This document shows, piece by piece, positions 37,336 through 47,271 of a stretch of 64,000 nucleotides of DNA. The notes under the pieces were generated by a model. The model had not been told where the DNA came from. It saw only the letters and a list, made by a program, of their open reading frames with translations, and made no database searches. The stretch lies in the IMG/VR virus record IMGVR_UViG_3300022719_000071, positions 224,001-288,000 of that record; one strand, written 5' to 3'. Positions within the stretch are counted from its first letter, which is position 1, and every line of letters begins with the position of its first letter. The stretch comes from a virus. Taxonomy: Duplodnaviria > Caudoviricetes. The position numbers and the translations under genes were made by a program.

Positions 37336-37953
37336 ATGAATATCTTTGTCACTGATTATAATCCTGCCTTTTCTGCCGTTTGGCTTGATGACAAACGGCA
37401 GAACAAGATGATCGTGGAAACAGCGCAGATGCTTTGCACTGCCGTTCGTATAATCACGGATAATGATCCAAATGTCTGTGAGGGATTATACCGAAAGACC
37501 CATGCCAATCACGGCTGCAATATCTGGGCTCGTTCTAGTCGTCAAAACTATGAATGGTTAGTTCTTCATGGTTTACACATGGTCATGGACTACATGACTC
37601 GTTCTAGTAAGATCCATAAGTCAGCGGCTGTCATTCGACAGTGTTTGATTCATATGAATCTTTTTCCTGATGACGAATTGCTTCCCTTCACCAATCATGC
37701 TCGCTCCCTTAAGCATGGTATTGACTTCACCCACCTTGAAGACCCACGTTTGGCTTATCGTAAGTATCTCATAGCTCGGTGGACAACCACCGACGTGCAT
37801 CAGCCCAAGTGGACCGGATTCAACCGTTCTTGTCCTGAGTGGGCTCAGGAATCAATACGTGCCAAGTATGGAAATGACTCCGTTGGAGATAGTCGAGAGG
37901 CTATCCCAACTGAAGACAGACAAATCGAAGGAGAAACTGCTTCGAAAGATTGA
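37336..37953 (+). CDS. denV: Pyrimidine dimer DNA glycosylase / endonuclease V family
   Basis: MNIFV......A..LDDKR..KMIVETAQML, THANH and NYEWL motifs. Confidence 0.85.
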   Translation: MNIFVTDYNPAFSAVWLDDKRQNKMIVETAQMLCTAVRIITDNDPNVCEGLYRKTHANHGCNIWARSSRQNYEWLVLHGLHMVMDYMTRSSKIHKSAAVIRQCLIHMNLFPDDELLPFTNHARSLKHGIDFTHLEDPRLAYRKYLIARWTTTDVHQPKWTGFNRSCPEWAQESIRAKYGNDSVGDSREAIPTEDRQIEGETASKD

Positions 37954-39049
37954 ACCGGAACACGAATTCTGGATTTCCTGCTATCACGGTCTACGTCCCT
38001 TTGTTCCTTACAACGTTAAGTTTGGCATTAGCGATCCACATCGCTACGGAGCCGGTGTTCCCCTTGGAGTTTTCTCCAAGATATTGAAGTCCATGGAAGA
38101 TGGATCTCTCAATGATATTACCACCGTCGATGCCATTTCTGCATTCTGCTCTAGATGTACGGAAAAGGAATGGAAATCTTGGTATCGACCCGTGCTCGAT
38201 AAGCGTCTTCGTATCCCCATAAGTCTCTCTCTGTTCAATCAGTTTTGTCCGGAGCAGTACCGGATACAGAACTTCATTCCGTCCGTTATGACGCCTCTGG
38301 AGGACGCTGAGGGCTTCCCAGAGAGCTTCTACCTGGAGCCCTACCCTGTAGTGCCCCGACTGTTCCTATTCCTGAAGAGCAAGCGCAGCTTTGTCTTTCT
38401 GGAAGACGGCACACCAGTGCATCGTTTAATTCCTAAACTATTCGAGAGATTCGTAACCAGGGAGGGAGCAGTCTTGGAGTTATACGACGAGAATGGTCGG
38501 TACACAGTACGTGATATTCTTCTCGAAGTGCAAATGCTTGACACATCTATCAAAACTAGTTTTGTTAACAAGCGTCTAGAGGTCTTGAAGACCATGATTA
38601 GTGAGTCCGAATCCGTTGAAGTCATTGAGCATGAATTCTTGGGCAAAGACAACAAGGAAAGCATTCGTGATGTGATAAGCCTGTACCTGGAAGCTGGATA
38701 TTCTGGTGTTGTGCTAAGACCAGATAGTGTTGGCTACAGACACAATCATGCCAACATTGTGATTCACCCGAACAAGAAAAACACGCTGACTTGTACCGAA
38801 ATTATTCCTGGAGAAAAAGGTAGTAAATGGGAGGGGCGTGTTGAATATTTTCGTGGCGTTGGTGTTCGACAGGGAAAAAAGATAGATACCCTGGTGTTTC
38901 ATGGCTTGACTTTCGATGAGCGAGGAACATCTTTAGAGAAGGCGAATGACCTTATTGGTCAGAAATTTGAGGTTCTATCATGCGGAGTAACCGATGATGG
39001 ATCTCTACTATTCCCTGTATTTCAACGTTGGAAGGAGAACCTTAAATGA
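37874..39049 (+). CDS. T4 gp30-like DNA ligase paralog lacking the catalytic lysine
   Basis: Ligase N-terminal domain, AGYSGVVLR and OB-fold LLFPVF retained; motif I reads LEPYPVVPR instead of E.KxDG.R. Confidence 0.65.
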   Translation: MTPLEIVERLSQLKTDKSKEKLLRKIEPEHEFWISCYHGLRPFVPYNVKFGISDPHRYGAGVPLGVFSKILKSMEDGSLNDITTVDAISAFCSRCTEKEWKSWYRPVLDKRLRIPISLSLFNQFCPEQYRIQNFIPSVMTPLEDAEGFPESFYLEPYPVVPRLFLFLKSKRSFVFLEDGTPVHRLIPKLFERFVTREGAVLELYDENGRYTVRDILLEVQMLDTSIKTSFVNKRLEVLKTMISESESVEVIEHEFLGKDNKESIRDVISLYLEAGYSGVVLRPDSVGYRHNHANIVIHPNKKNTLTCTEIIPGEKGSKWEGRVEYFRGVGVRQGKKIDTLVFHGLTFDERGTSLEKANDLIGQKFEVLSCGVTDDGSLLFPVFQRWKENLK

Positions 39050-39330
39050 GTGCAGAAGCCGCAATGGTTGATACCGAAAATCTGACTGCCACAGTTGATT
39101 CTGGTAAGTCGGAAGAGTTACGTGAGTTAATTCAACGCATCGAGAAACTAGAAAACGAGAAGGCTGCGATTGGTGAAGATATCAAGGCAGTCTACCAGCA
39201 GGCGAAGTCCGATGGCTGGGACACCAAAACGATGCGTAAAATCGTGAAGATTCGCAAGACCGACGAGCGTACCCTTCAGGAAGAAGAACTTCTTCTGGAG
39301 GCATACAAGACTGCTCTTGGGATGGAATGA
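39046..39330 (+). CDS. gapR: GapR / DUF2312 nucleoid-associated protein
   Basis: LRELIQRIEKLENEKAAIGEDIKAVYQQAKSDGWDTKTMRKIVKIRK. Confidence 0.9.
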   Translation: MSAEAAMVDTENLTATVDSGKSEELRELIQRIEKLENEKAAIGEDIKAVYQQAKSDGWDTKTMRKIVKIRKTDERTLQEEELLLEAYKTALGME

Positions 39331-39857
39331 ACGCACTTGTAGTAAACTTGTTTGCAGGCCCCTGTGCTGGTAAGTCAACAACTGCCGCAGGGGTTTTCTG
39401 CAATCTGAAGAAGGCTGGTGTCAATTGTGAGCTAGTAACCGAGTTTACCAAGGAGCTAACCTGGGAGAGTAGGCATCTAGCTTTGGACAATCAGATCTAC
39501 ATCCTCGGTGAGCAATATCATCGTTTCTATCGAGTTGTTAAACAGGTTGATGTGATTATCACGGACACGTCGTTCGTATACGGATGCATGTATGCACCAC
39601 CGGAATACTTCCCATCGTTTAAGCCTCTGGTTGTTGAAATCTTCAACAGCATGTACAACGCAAACTACTTCATCGAGAGGAGACACAGGTATAGTCCTAC
39701 CGGAAGAAATCAGACGGAAGAAGAGGCATGGAAAATCGATCAAGCTCAAATGTATTTTTTACTTGAACTAGGTATAACATATACTCTTGTACCGGGTAAC
39801 GATGAAGGTATCGAAATCATCATCGAAGACGTATTAGGAAAACTCGAACATGGCTGA
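39327..39857 (+). CDS. P-loop NTPase/kinase (AAA_28/NadR-like)
   Basis: NLFAGPCAGKST Walker A; IITDTS. Confidence 0.8.
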   Translation: MNALVVNLFAGPCAGKSTTAAGVFCNLKKAGVNCELVTEFTKELTWESRHLALDNQIYILGEQYHRFYRVVKQVDVIITDTSFVYGCMYAPPEYFPSFKPLVVEIFNSMYNANYFIERRHRYSPTGRNQTEEEAWKIDQAQMYFLLELGITYTLVPGNDEGIEIIIEDVLGKLEHG

Positions 39858-40218
39858 GCGAGTATGGGTTGATGGACCTAACCATCCAGATCTATTCGAT
39901 GGCGAAACTCCAATTCGCACTCGAATTCCAATAGAAGAGGTTGGCCTGAAAGTTTTCAAAGTCAAGCTTACATGGTATGAGACTGTGTTTGTAGTTGCTC
40001 TCAACGAGTCCGATGCTAAAGATAAAGCATGGAAAAAGGTCAGTACTTTCGGTGAAGAGACTTTCCTTGACCATGCCGAGGTAAAGGAACTAGATTGGGA
40101 AGACGAACTCAAGGACTGGCATCGTAATCTCAAGTGCAAGGATGGCAAGACCATGATTGCGAAAGAGTTACTGATGCAGCACCTAGAAGAAACCGAATGT
40201 ACGTTGACGCAAAATTGA
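39850..40218 (+). CDS. Hypothetical protein
   Basis: Coupled ORF within the replication operon. Confidence 0.55.
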   Translation: MAERVWVDGPNHPDLFDGETPIRTRIPIEEVGLKVFKVKLTWYETVFVVALNESDAKDKAWKKVSTFGEETFLDHAEVKELDWEDELKDWHRNLKCKDGKTMIAKELLMQHLEETECTLTQN

Positions 40219-43013
40219 TCGATGGACGTGTTCATGTTTCGTCCTACAATAATCAAGGTGAGAGGCAGATAACCACTCATTTACCTCCGTACGTCTTCTA
40301 CTATGAAGATAACAATGGCACTCACAAGTCCATCTACGGTGACTCTCTCAAGCAAAAGAGGTTTACTGATCGCAACAAATTCTACAGGGAACTTGAACGT
40401 ACTAAGGCTAGAAGCTTGGTATTCGAATCCGATGTTAACCCTGTCTTTCGTTTGTTGGAAGAACGCTTTCCAAACAACGACACTCCACCGTTGAATATCT
40501 CGTTCATTGACATCGAGTGTGATAAGGATCCATCACGTGGATGGTCCAACGTATCTGATCCATATGCCATTGTCAATGCCATCACTGTCTACAACAAGTG
40601 GCAAGACCAATACTACACCATCGCCGTTGCCCCACCGACATTGACCCGTGATCAAGGAGAAGCGTTACTTGCTGATGATTCCATTGATGATGGGTTTGGA
40701 TCTATGACTATGGACGAGGGATACTTTGTTGTTCATAGCGAAGCTGATTTGTTATCCGCCTTCCTAGACCTAATCCAAGATGCTGATGTGCTTACAGGGT
40801 GGAACAGCACATTTTTTGATCTACCCTATATCATTCAGCGCATTCGTATTGTTTTGGGTGGTGAGAAAATCGACAAGATACGAAAGGAGGATGGAAGTGA
40901 AAATAATCCATTCCGTCCATCTGACCGTAGCAAACCACATCTGGAAAGGCTGAACCTATTCAAGTGTCAACCAGAGATGCGTATGGTGGAAAGGTTTGGT
41001 AACGCAGAGAAGAGCTTCCTGATTTTCGGTCGGGTGCATTTGGATTATCTGGAGCTATACCGCAAGTTCACCTTCGAGGAACTTCACAGCTACACACTCG
41101 ATGCCATTCTAAAAAAAGAGGTTGACCAGACCAAGGTTGTTTACGAAGGATCGCTTGATCAGCTATACCGCAACGATTTTAGAACATTTGTTGCGTATAA
41201 CCGCCAGGACGTTGCTGGTCTTCATCACATGGATGACAAGCTGAAGATGATTGAACTTGCAAACACGATGGTTCATATGGCTGGAGTAACCTTCGATAAG
41301 GTGTTTGGCTCCGTGGCCATCATCGAGCAAGCCATTCTCAAAGAACTTCATAGACAAAACATGATTTGCTTCGACCGTGATGTGACTGATAAGCACGAAA
41401 CTGTCCCTGGTGCTTTTGTCATTGATCCTGAAAAGGGATTGTACGAATGGGTATGCTCGTTCGATATCAACTCTCTGTACCCATCGGTTATTCGTGCTCT
41501 GAATATTAGTCCGGAGTGTGTAGTAGGTCAGTTAGATTTGTCCGAGACTGAGGAGAAGTTATCACACCACGTCGCATCCGGAATGACAGCAACAGAAGCT
41601 TGGGGTCAGTTTACTGGTGTTTTGGAGTATCATCACATCATTGATGAAACTGATGACATGGTGACGTTGTGTCTCGAAGGAACAGATGGAGAAATCACAG
41701 CTTCGGCTAAAGAATGGAAGAAGAGGATTAGGCAGAACGGATGGGGCATCAGTGCCAATGGCACGGTGTTTGAACTGGACCGTGAAGGCATTGTTCCATA
41801 CTGCTTGACTAAGTGGTACAAGCAACGTGTGGAATGGAAGAACGAGGCCAAGAAGTATGGTATGGCCCAGGTTAATGAGAAGGATAAGGACAAGCTTTCT
41901 GAATTGAAGGCTCAAGAAAAATACTATGACATGATCCAGTTGGTCATGAAGATCTTCTTGAACTCAACGTACGGAGCTTATCTGAACCGGTTCTTCCGCT
42001 TCTACGATCCAAGGCTAGGTAAGAGCGTAACACTCACCGGACGTGTGATCACCAAGCACATGTGTCGATACGCCAGCAAGCTAATGACCGGAAACTATGA
42101 ATTCGATCAAAGAGCAGTTATCTATGGTGACACGGACAGCACGTATTGCACACTCAAGTGGTACATGTCCAAGAATGGAATTGAACCCACTGTAGAAAAC
42201 GCAGTAAAGATTTCCGATTGTATAGGGGAAGAGATCAACTCATCGTTCCCTGACTTCATGGATGAGAGTACCATGATCGGAAGAAGGCGTGGAAAAATCA
42301 TTGAAGCCGGTCGAGAAGTTGTTGGTCGCCGTGGTCTCTTCAAGGACAAGAAGAAGAGATACGCCATTCACGTTGTAGACCTGGAAGGCAAGCCCGTAGA
42401 CAAGATGAAGATCATGGGCATGGAGATGCGTCGAAGTGATACTCCTGTTATCATCCAGGACTTCTTAACGGATTGCGTCACTGCTGTTGTTCGTGATGAT
42501 AAAGACTACGAAGAAATCCGTAGTATGGTTGACGAATTTCGTGAGAATGTATTCCGTAAGCTACCTGAATGGAAACGTGGTACCCCTGGTCGTGTGTCCA
42601 AGCTTGCATTCAACTCCAGGCGTCTACGTGCATACAACGAAGCCAAGGCACAACAAATTGTCAACGTGGCAAAGCCCAATGTACACTACTCAGTGATTGC
42701 GGCTAACAACACAAACCTTCTGATGGAGCAGAACAAAGAGCACCGATGGGACATCATTCGAGACGGTGACAAGATTGAAGTGTTGTATCTAAAGCCTAAT
42801 CCGTTCAACATGAATGCCGTAGCCATCAAAGTGGGAGAGACGTACGTCCCGAAGTGGTTTCAGGAACTTCCCTTTGATAACGAAAGGCATGAGAAAAAGA
42901 TGATCAACCAGAAGATGGACAACGTTCTTGGCAGCATCATGAATTGGTCATTCGAACCTATCACAGATTTTCGTGACGAAGTGTTTAAGGAAGTAGATTT
43001 GCTAGCGCTATAG
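40197..43013 (+). CDS. Family B DNA polymerase (T4 gp43-like)
   Basis: Exo DIECD and WNSTFFD; pol SFDINSLYPS, KIFLNSTYG, YGDTDS and KKRYA. Confidence 0.97.
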   Translation: MYVDAKLIDGRVHVSSYNNQGERQITTHLPPYVFYYEDNNGTHKSIYGDSLKQKRFTDRNKFYRELERTKARSLVFESDVNPVFRLLEERFPNNDTPPLNISFIDIECDKDPSRGWSNVSDPYAIVNAITVYNKWQDQYYTIAVAPPTLTRDQGEALLADDSIDDGFGSMTMDEGYFVVHSEADLLSAFLDLIQDADVLTGWNSTFFDLPYIIQRIRIVLGGEKIDKIRKEDGSENNPFRPSDRSKPHLERLNLFKCQPEMRMVERFGNAEKSFLIFGRVHLDYLELYRKFTFEELHSYTLDAILKKEVDQTKVVYEGSLDQLYRNDFRTFVAYNRQDVAGLHHMDDKLKMIELANTMVHMAGVTFDKVFGSVAIIEQAILKELHRQNMICFDRDVTDKHETVPGAFVIDPEKGLYEWVCSFDINSLYPSVIRALNISPECVVGQLDLSETEEKLSHHVASGMTATEAWGQFTGVLEYHHIIDETDDMVTLCLEGTDGEITASAKEWKKRIRQNGWGISANGTVFELDREGIVPYCLTKWYKQRVEWKNEAKKYGMAQVNEKDKDKLSELKAQEKYYDMIQLVMKIFLNSTYGAYLNRFFRFYDPRLGKSVTLTGRVITKHMCRYASKLMTGNYEFDQRAVIYGDTDSTYCTLKWYMSKNGIEPTVENAVKISDCIGEEINSSFPDFMDESTMIGRRRGKIIEAGREVVGRRGLFKDKKKRYAIHVVDLEGKPVDKMKIMGMEMRRSDTPVIIQDFLTDCVTAVVRDDKDYEEIRSMVDEFRENVFRKLPEWKRGTPGRVSKLAFNSRRLRAYNEAKAQQIVNVAKPNVHYSVIAANNTNLLMEQNKEHRWDIIRDGDKIEVLYLKPNPFNMNAVAIKVGETYVPKWFQELPFDNERHEKKMINQKMDNVLGSIMNWSFEPITDFRDEVFKEVDLLAL

Positions 43014-43029
43014 GACTATATTGAACGCT

Positions 43030-43806
43030 ATGAAACTCAAAGACTTACTACCAGACGTTCTTACTGCAACGGAGCGGTTCCGTGATGTTGTCACTCATGT
43101 AATTCTAAAGGACCATGGGGAGAACTCCTTGATCGTCGCAAAGTCGATAGATGGTTCGATTTACATCGGTGGAACCACCACGAGTGAGGTTGAAGACTTT
43201 GAGGACATAGCTTGCCTGGGAAGCCTGGATTTTCTCAAGGCATCTCTTGATGCACCGGCTATGGAGGTTGGCAGCTTGGAGTTGAACATCGACCTATCTG
43301 CTGCTGGGGACGCCAGGGTTGTCCGCTCTATCACTCTATCCGGAAAGGATGGATACAACGTATTCTACCAAGCAGTAGACCCTTTCATCAGTAAGCTGAA
43401 CAAGATTAGTGTAACCAAGGTATCCAGTTGGCCAGTCGTGTTTGCTATTGATCAAACTTTCATGACACGCTTCAACGAAACCATGAAAGTTCACGCTCGT
43501 GCTCCCAAGATTGGCACCGACGAGGACGACATATTTTTGCTCTCTTATGGCGACGGGAAGATTTCTGCTAGCTTCGGTGAGAAGGGACATCAGGTTTCAA
43601 CAACACTGACAGAAGAAGTGGAGATCACTGGAGAAGCCGACAAAGTGACGGCTTTGTTCTCAATCTCGAAGTTCAATTCCATTCTAAAACTGTTGGGTAA
43701 TAAGACTACCATTGGCTATCTAGACAGTAAGGCCATGAAGATAGAGATGAGTACCAAATACGCTGTTTACGAATTCGTTATGACTGCAAAGAGAATGAAG
43801 AAATGA
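43030..43806 (+). CDS. Probable sliding clamp (gp45-like)
   Basis: About 258 aa, immediately after the polymerase, alternating alpha/beta pattern; positional inference. Confidence 0.6.
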   Translation: MKLKDLLPDVLTATERFRDVVTHVILKDHGENSLIVAKSIDGSIYIGGTTTSEVEDFEDIACLGSLDFLKASLDAPAMEVGSLELNIDLSAAGDARVVRSITLSGKDGYNVFYQAVDPFISKLNKISVTKVSSWPVVFAIDQTFMTRFNETMKVHARAPKIGTDEDDIFLLSYGDGKISASFGEKGHQVSTTLTEEVEITGEADKVTALFSISKFNSILKLLGNKTTIGYLDSKAMKIEMSTKYAVYEFVMTAKRMKK

Positions 43807-44300
43807 TGATGTCACTAGAATGGATCATATACAGCGTTTTTCTTCCGGTCGCCTTACTTCTTCTATGTGCGGTAATCCCTCCAATTCGCCGGTTCGTATA
43901 TCAGAAGCCCTGGTTAACAATTCTGATGAAAAACCTGTATACCTTCTTCGGGAAACCATACTTCAAGGTGACCGTATTTCACCATCGTGAGATTGGTCAG
44001 GTTGGGGTAGACGCTCAATACAATATCCACTTTCTCTACCTGTTGGACGGAGCGTATGAAATAGCTGGCGTAGATTACTACAATCGTGGTCTCTCAGAAG
44101 AAGCTAAGATTGCAATCTACATGTATGACACGATGGGTAGCATCGCTGACAATTACATGCCTATGCCCAACATACTACAGGAAGGAATGGATGACGAATA
44201 CATCCCATCAATGTCCATGAGTGATGAATCAATAAAACAAACTGTTGACCTGGGCAAACCAGACAGTAGCGGAACTAGCTTTGATATTGCTAGAGGTTAA
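43803..44300 (+). CDS. Membrane-anchored hypothetical protein
   Basis: N-terminal TM segment. Confidence 0.55.
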   Translation: MMMSLEWIIYSVFLPVALLLLCAVIPPIRRFVYQKPWLTILMKNLYTFFGKPYFKVTVFHHREIGQVGVDAQYNIHFLYLLDGAYEIAGVDYYNRGLSEEAKIAIYMYDTMGSIADNYMPMPNILQEGMDDEYIPSMSMSDESIKQTVDLGKPDSSGTSFDIARG

Positions 44301-44332
44301 TAAATATTCGACAAGGGCTATAGAAAACAACC

Positions 44333-44539
44333 ATGCTGGTATCAAAGAACATTATAAATCGTACACATACTCCACCGCAATCCCTTACTATTGGGGATGC
44401 AGTACGAGTAGTCAATACAAATCAGATTGGCACAGTGGAGTCATATCGTGGGGGTCGCTGGTCAGTTAGGTTGTCCGAAGGAAGCACCATTGAATGCGAT
44501 CTAAGCAATTTAGAAAAAAGGCAACTTCTGGTGGAGTGA
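44333..44539 (+). CDS. Small SH3/KOW-like protein
   Basis: IGDAVRV...GTVES...WSVRL; TAAATA upstream. Confidence 0.5.
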   Translation: MLVSKNIINRTHTPPQSLTIGDAVRVVNTNQIGTVESYRGGRWSVRLSEGSTIECDLSNLEKRQLLVE

Positions 44540-44586
44540 ACACCCTACCAGGGTGGCGACTTTCCATACACAGAAAGGTACTAAAC

Positions 44587-44949
44587 ATGGCAAGAGAATA
44601 TCATCCATTCCGCTACCAGAACGTCACGTTTATTCGTGCCATTGATGGCGATACAGTAGAGCTTGAAGTTGACCTGGGTTTCAAAACCCGCTATCGTGAT
44701 AACTTTCGCCTAACGGACGTAGATACTCCTGAACGTGGGCGTGAGGGTTTCAGCGAGGCTACTGATTACACTCGTGCTTGGTGCGAGAAGTACCAGGATA
44801 GCGGTATTGAGCTTCATTCTGTTAAGCGTGACAAGTACGGTCGTTGGCTAGCAGTTTTGCGGTCTGTACAGACCGGTGCTGTTCTGAATGATGATCTTAT
44901 CACTGAGGGTCTTGGGGAGGAATACCACGGCGGTAGGCGTTCCTCGTAA
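44587..44949 (+). CDS. Thermonuclease (SNase-like)
   Basis: IDGDTV, RLTDVDTPE and DKYGRWLA motifs. Confidence 0.9.
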   Translation: MAREYHPFRYQNVTFIRAIDGDTVELEVDLGFKTRYRDNFRLTDVDTPERGREGFSEATDYTRAWCEKYQDSGIELHSVKRDKYGRWLAVLRSVQTGAVLNDDLITEGLGEEYHGGRRSS

Positions 44950-45008
44950 CTCTTGTCTTGCATTTTTTACCGTGATATATTAGTTTCTTCTAACCAGAGA
45001 AAACTACC

Positions 45009-45164
45009 ATGATGCCTTTGATTTTCGCAATTCTCGGATTTGGAGTAGCCGTTGGCGTGGGGTACCTCATTATCAAGGTTGCCAGTGCTGCGGTGAAACG
45101 GTCTCTGGTTGATCAGGCCAAGAAAGACGCCAAGACCTTCCTGAATAGTCAGAACTTAGAGTAA
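45009..45164 (+). CDS. Small membrane peptide (51 aa)
   Basis: MMPLIFAILGFGVAVGVGYLIIKVAS...; below the ORF-track cutoff. Confidence 0.5.
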   Translation: MMPLIFAILGFGVAVGVGYLIIKVASAAVKRSLVDQAKKDAKTFLNSQNLE

Positions 45165-45174
45165 ATAGACATAT

Positions 45175-45251
45175 AGGGGTGTAGCTCAATTAGGCAGAGC
45201 AGCAGTCTCCAAAACTGAAGGTTGGGGGTTCGATTCCCTCCACCCCTGCCA
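45175..45251 (+). tRNA. trnW: tRNA-Trp(CCA)
   Basis: Anticodon loop CTCCAAA; CCA end. Confidence 0.92.
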
Positions 45252-45539
45252 ATGGGACTCCAAAATGTGTGAATTTGGAGTCCCTTAATAGTAACCTATT
45301 TTCCGCCAACATGCAGGAGTTAACTTTCCTGAAGAAAGTTGATACCATGGTTGCCTTCGTCAGAGGAACCATCCATGATTTGGCATCACCTAGTATGCGG
45401 CCACCGTGGCGCTGGAGAGGCTTGCCGAGGGAGGCTGATCGGAGAGTCTTGACTTCCCTGATTTGCGTACCTACATTGCGTTCTGCAAAGGCTCAATCGA
45501 GTCTTCTTTTTTTGTAAACAATGTAGGAGTAAGACACAC

Positions 45540-45902
45540 ATGCGTTACGTTCTTAATTTCAATCCAGAGGGTTCCGCTACTCTGAGTGAAGGCTATAATG
45601 GCTCTATTGAGTTCAAGAAGCTCCCCAAGGGTCTGAAGAGTGGTGCTGTTACGGCAGTTCGCTTCGCTGACAGCGGCAACGGTGTTGCCCCCCTGACTCC
45701 CCGTGATGAGGTTGGTAACCGTCTGGGTACCGTCATCAACGAGAAGATCGCCCGTGAGGTTGGTCTGAAGGGTCGCAAACGTTACATGCTTAAGCAGGTT
45801 GGTCGCAGTAACTGGTACAACCTCATTCCTCACAGCAACATCGGCAAGAAGGCTCGTCGCATCGATGGCCCTGGCGTGTCCGTGAGCATCATCGAGCGAT
45901 AA
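45540..45902 (+). CDS. Hypothetical protein
   Basis: AGGAG RBS; strong codon bias; GC hairpin at about 45935-45952 follows. Confidence 0.65.
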   Translation: MRYVLNFNPEGSATLSEGYNGSIEFKKLPKGLKSGAVTAVRFADSGNGVAPLTPRDEVGNRLGTVINEKIAREVGLKGRKRYMLKQVGRSNWYNLIPHSNIGKKARRIDGPGVSVSIIER

Positions 45903-45962
45903 GCACGTAGTCCACCGGACTATTAGTACGGGACGGGGGCTGCTGCCCCCGTTCTTATTTCT

Positions 45963-46229
45963 ATGCCTACAACTGTAGTTCATTGCAAGAAGGAACGCTA
46001 CGATGTCTACATCGGTAGACCATCGAAATGGGGTAATCCTTTCAAAATTGGAAAAGATGGAACCAGAGAACAAGTCATCGAGAAATATCGAGTATGGCTT
46101 GCTGGTCAATGGGATCTCTTGGATAGTATTGACGAGCTAGAAGGAAAGGTGCTAGGTTGTCACTGTAAGCCCCTGGATTGCCATGGGGACGTTCTAGCGG
46201 AGTTGTCCAATGGCAGGCGAAAGGTTTGA
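45963..46229 (+). CDS. DUF4326 domain protein
   Basis: VYIGRPSKWGNPF and LGCHCKPLDCHGDVL motifs. Confidence 0.9.
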   Translation: MPTTVVHCKKERYDVYIGRPSKWGNPFKIGKDGTREQVIEKYRVWLAGQWDLLDSIDELEGKVLGCHCKPLDCHGDVLAELSNGRRKV

Positions 46230-46348
46230 AGTTCGCACATACACTGTGGATGAAGACAGAGACGACAAGACTATAGAAGAGTTCGTTTGTGTCCAAGCCC
46301 AATTCCATTAAGATGAAAAAGTGAGCCGATTACGTCGCAGGAGTTTCA

Positions 46349-47254
46349 ATGAAAAGGCTTCAGTATAACACCACTACAGTCGATGAAGTCCTGGAGTGTG
46401 TCGTGAACGACGGCTACGCTCTCATTGAAAATGTAGCCGATGAGCAAACTCTTGCTGCGATTAAATCAGAGTTGTCCCCACTTCTGAAAAACACTACGGG
46501 GAATAACCCTGAACCATTTCTTGGTGATCACACCAAGAGGTTTGGTCGTTTGGTGTATCGCATGCCTTCGACGCATCCAATCATTCAACATCCGTTGGCT
46601 ATGCATGTATGCGAGGACACCATTGGAAAGTACGCTTGCTCATTCCGTTTGTCTTTTACCGGAATCATGCACGTCATGGCAGGACAGAAAGCACAATCCC
46701 TTCACCGTGATATCACACCGTTCCCGTCTCCAGCACCCACGATGGCAATCGCAACTATGTGGGCTATCACAGATTTCACCCGTGAAAATGGAGCCACTGT
46801 GTTTGTACCTGGAAGCCACAAGTGGGACAATGAGCGTAAGCCAAAAAGAAAAGAGCTTACGTGTGCAGAGATGCCCGCTGGCTCGGTTCTAATCTACGAT
46901 GCCGCTCTCATCCATGGTGCCGGAAAGTGTGTAACCGGAGAGAGAACCGGACTAAGCCTCCAGTACAAGGTTGGCTGGTTACGTCAAGAGGAGAACCAGT
47001 ATCTAGCTACTCCTTTGGAGTTTGCCAAGACACTACCAGAGAGCATGCAACGTCTCATCGGATACGACCTTGCGGCACGTCATTGGGGTGCAGTTGACCA
47101 GCAGCATCCCCTGGACTTCTTGAATGGTGACAATCGAGTTGGTACACTGGAGCCACCTGGATACGATTACGAGAATCGAGTGGTGGAACTAGAAGCCAAG
47201 GAACGTGGATTGTCTACCAAGACACGTTTCGACGTAACTCTTGACAATGAGTAA
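46349..47254 (+). CDS. PhyH-family Fe(II)/2-oxoglutarate dioxygenase
   Basis: QSLHRD (HxD), WAITDFTRENGATVFVPGSH and distal IHGAG. Confidence 0.9.
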   Translation: MKRLQYNTTTVDEVLECVVNDGYALIENVADEQTLAAIKSELSPLLKNTTGNNPEPFLGDHTKRFGRLVYRMPSTHPIIQHPLAMHVCEDTIGKYACSFRLSFTGIMHVMAGQKAQSLHRDITPFPSPAPTMAIATMWAITDFTRENGATVFVPGSHKWDNERKPKRKELTCAEMPAGSVLIYDAALIHGAGKCVTGERTGLSLQYKVGWLRQEENQYLATPLEFAKTLPESMQRLIGYDLAARHWGAVDQQHPLDFLNGDNRVGTLEPPGYDYENRVVELEAKERGLSTKTRFDVTLDNE

Positions 47255-47271
47255 AGAATGGTAAATAATAT

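Noticed and set aside
43030-43060. MKLKDLL start of the putative clamp as a capsid-targeting signal
   Set aside because: No early (I/L)-x-E site, no late promoter, and the gene lies in the replication operon
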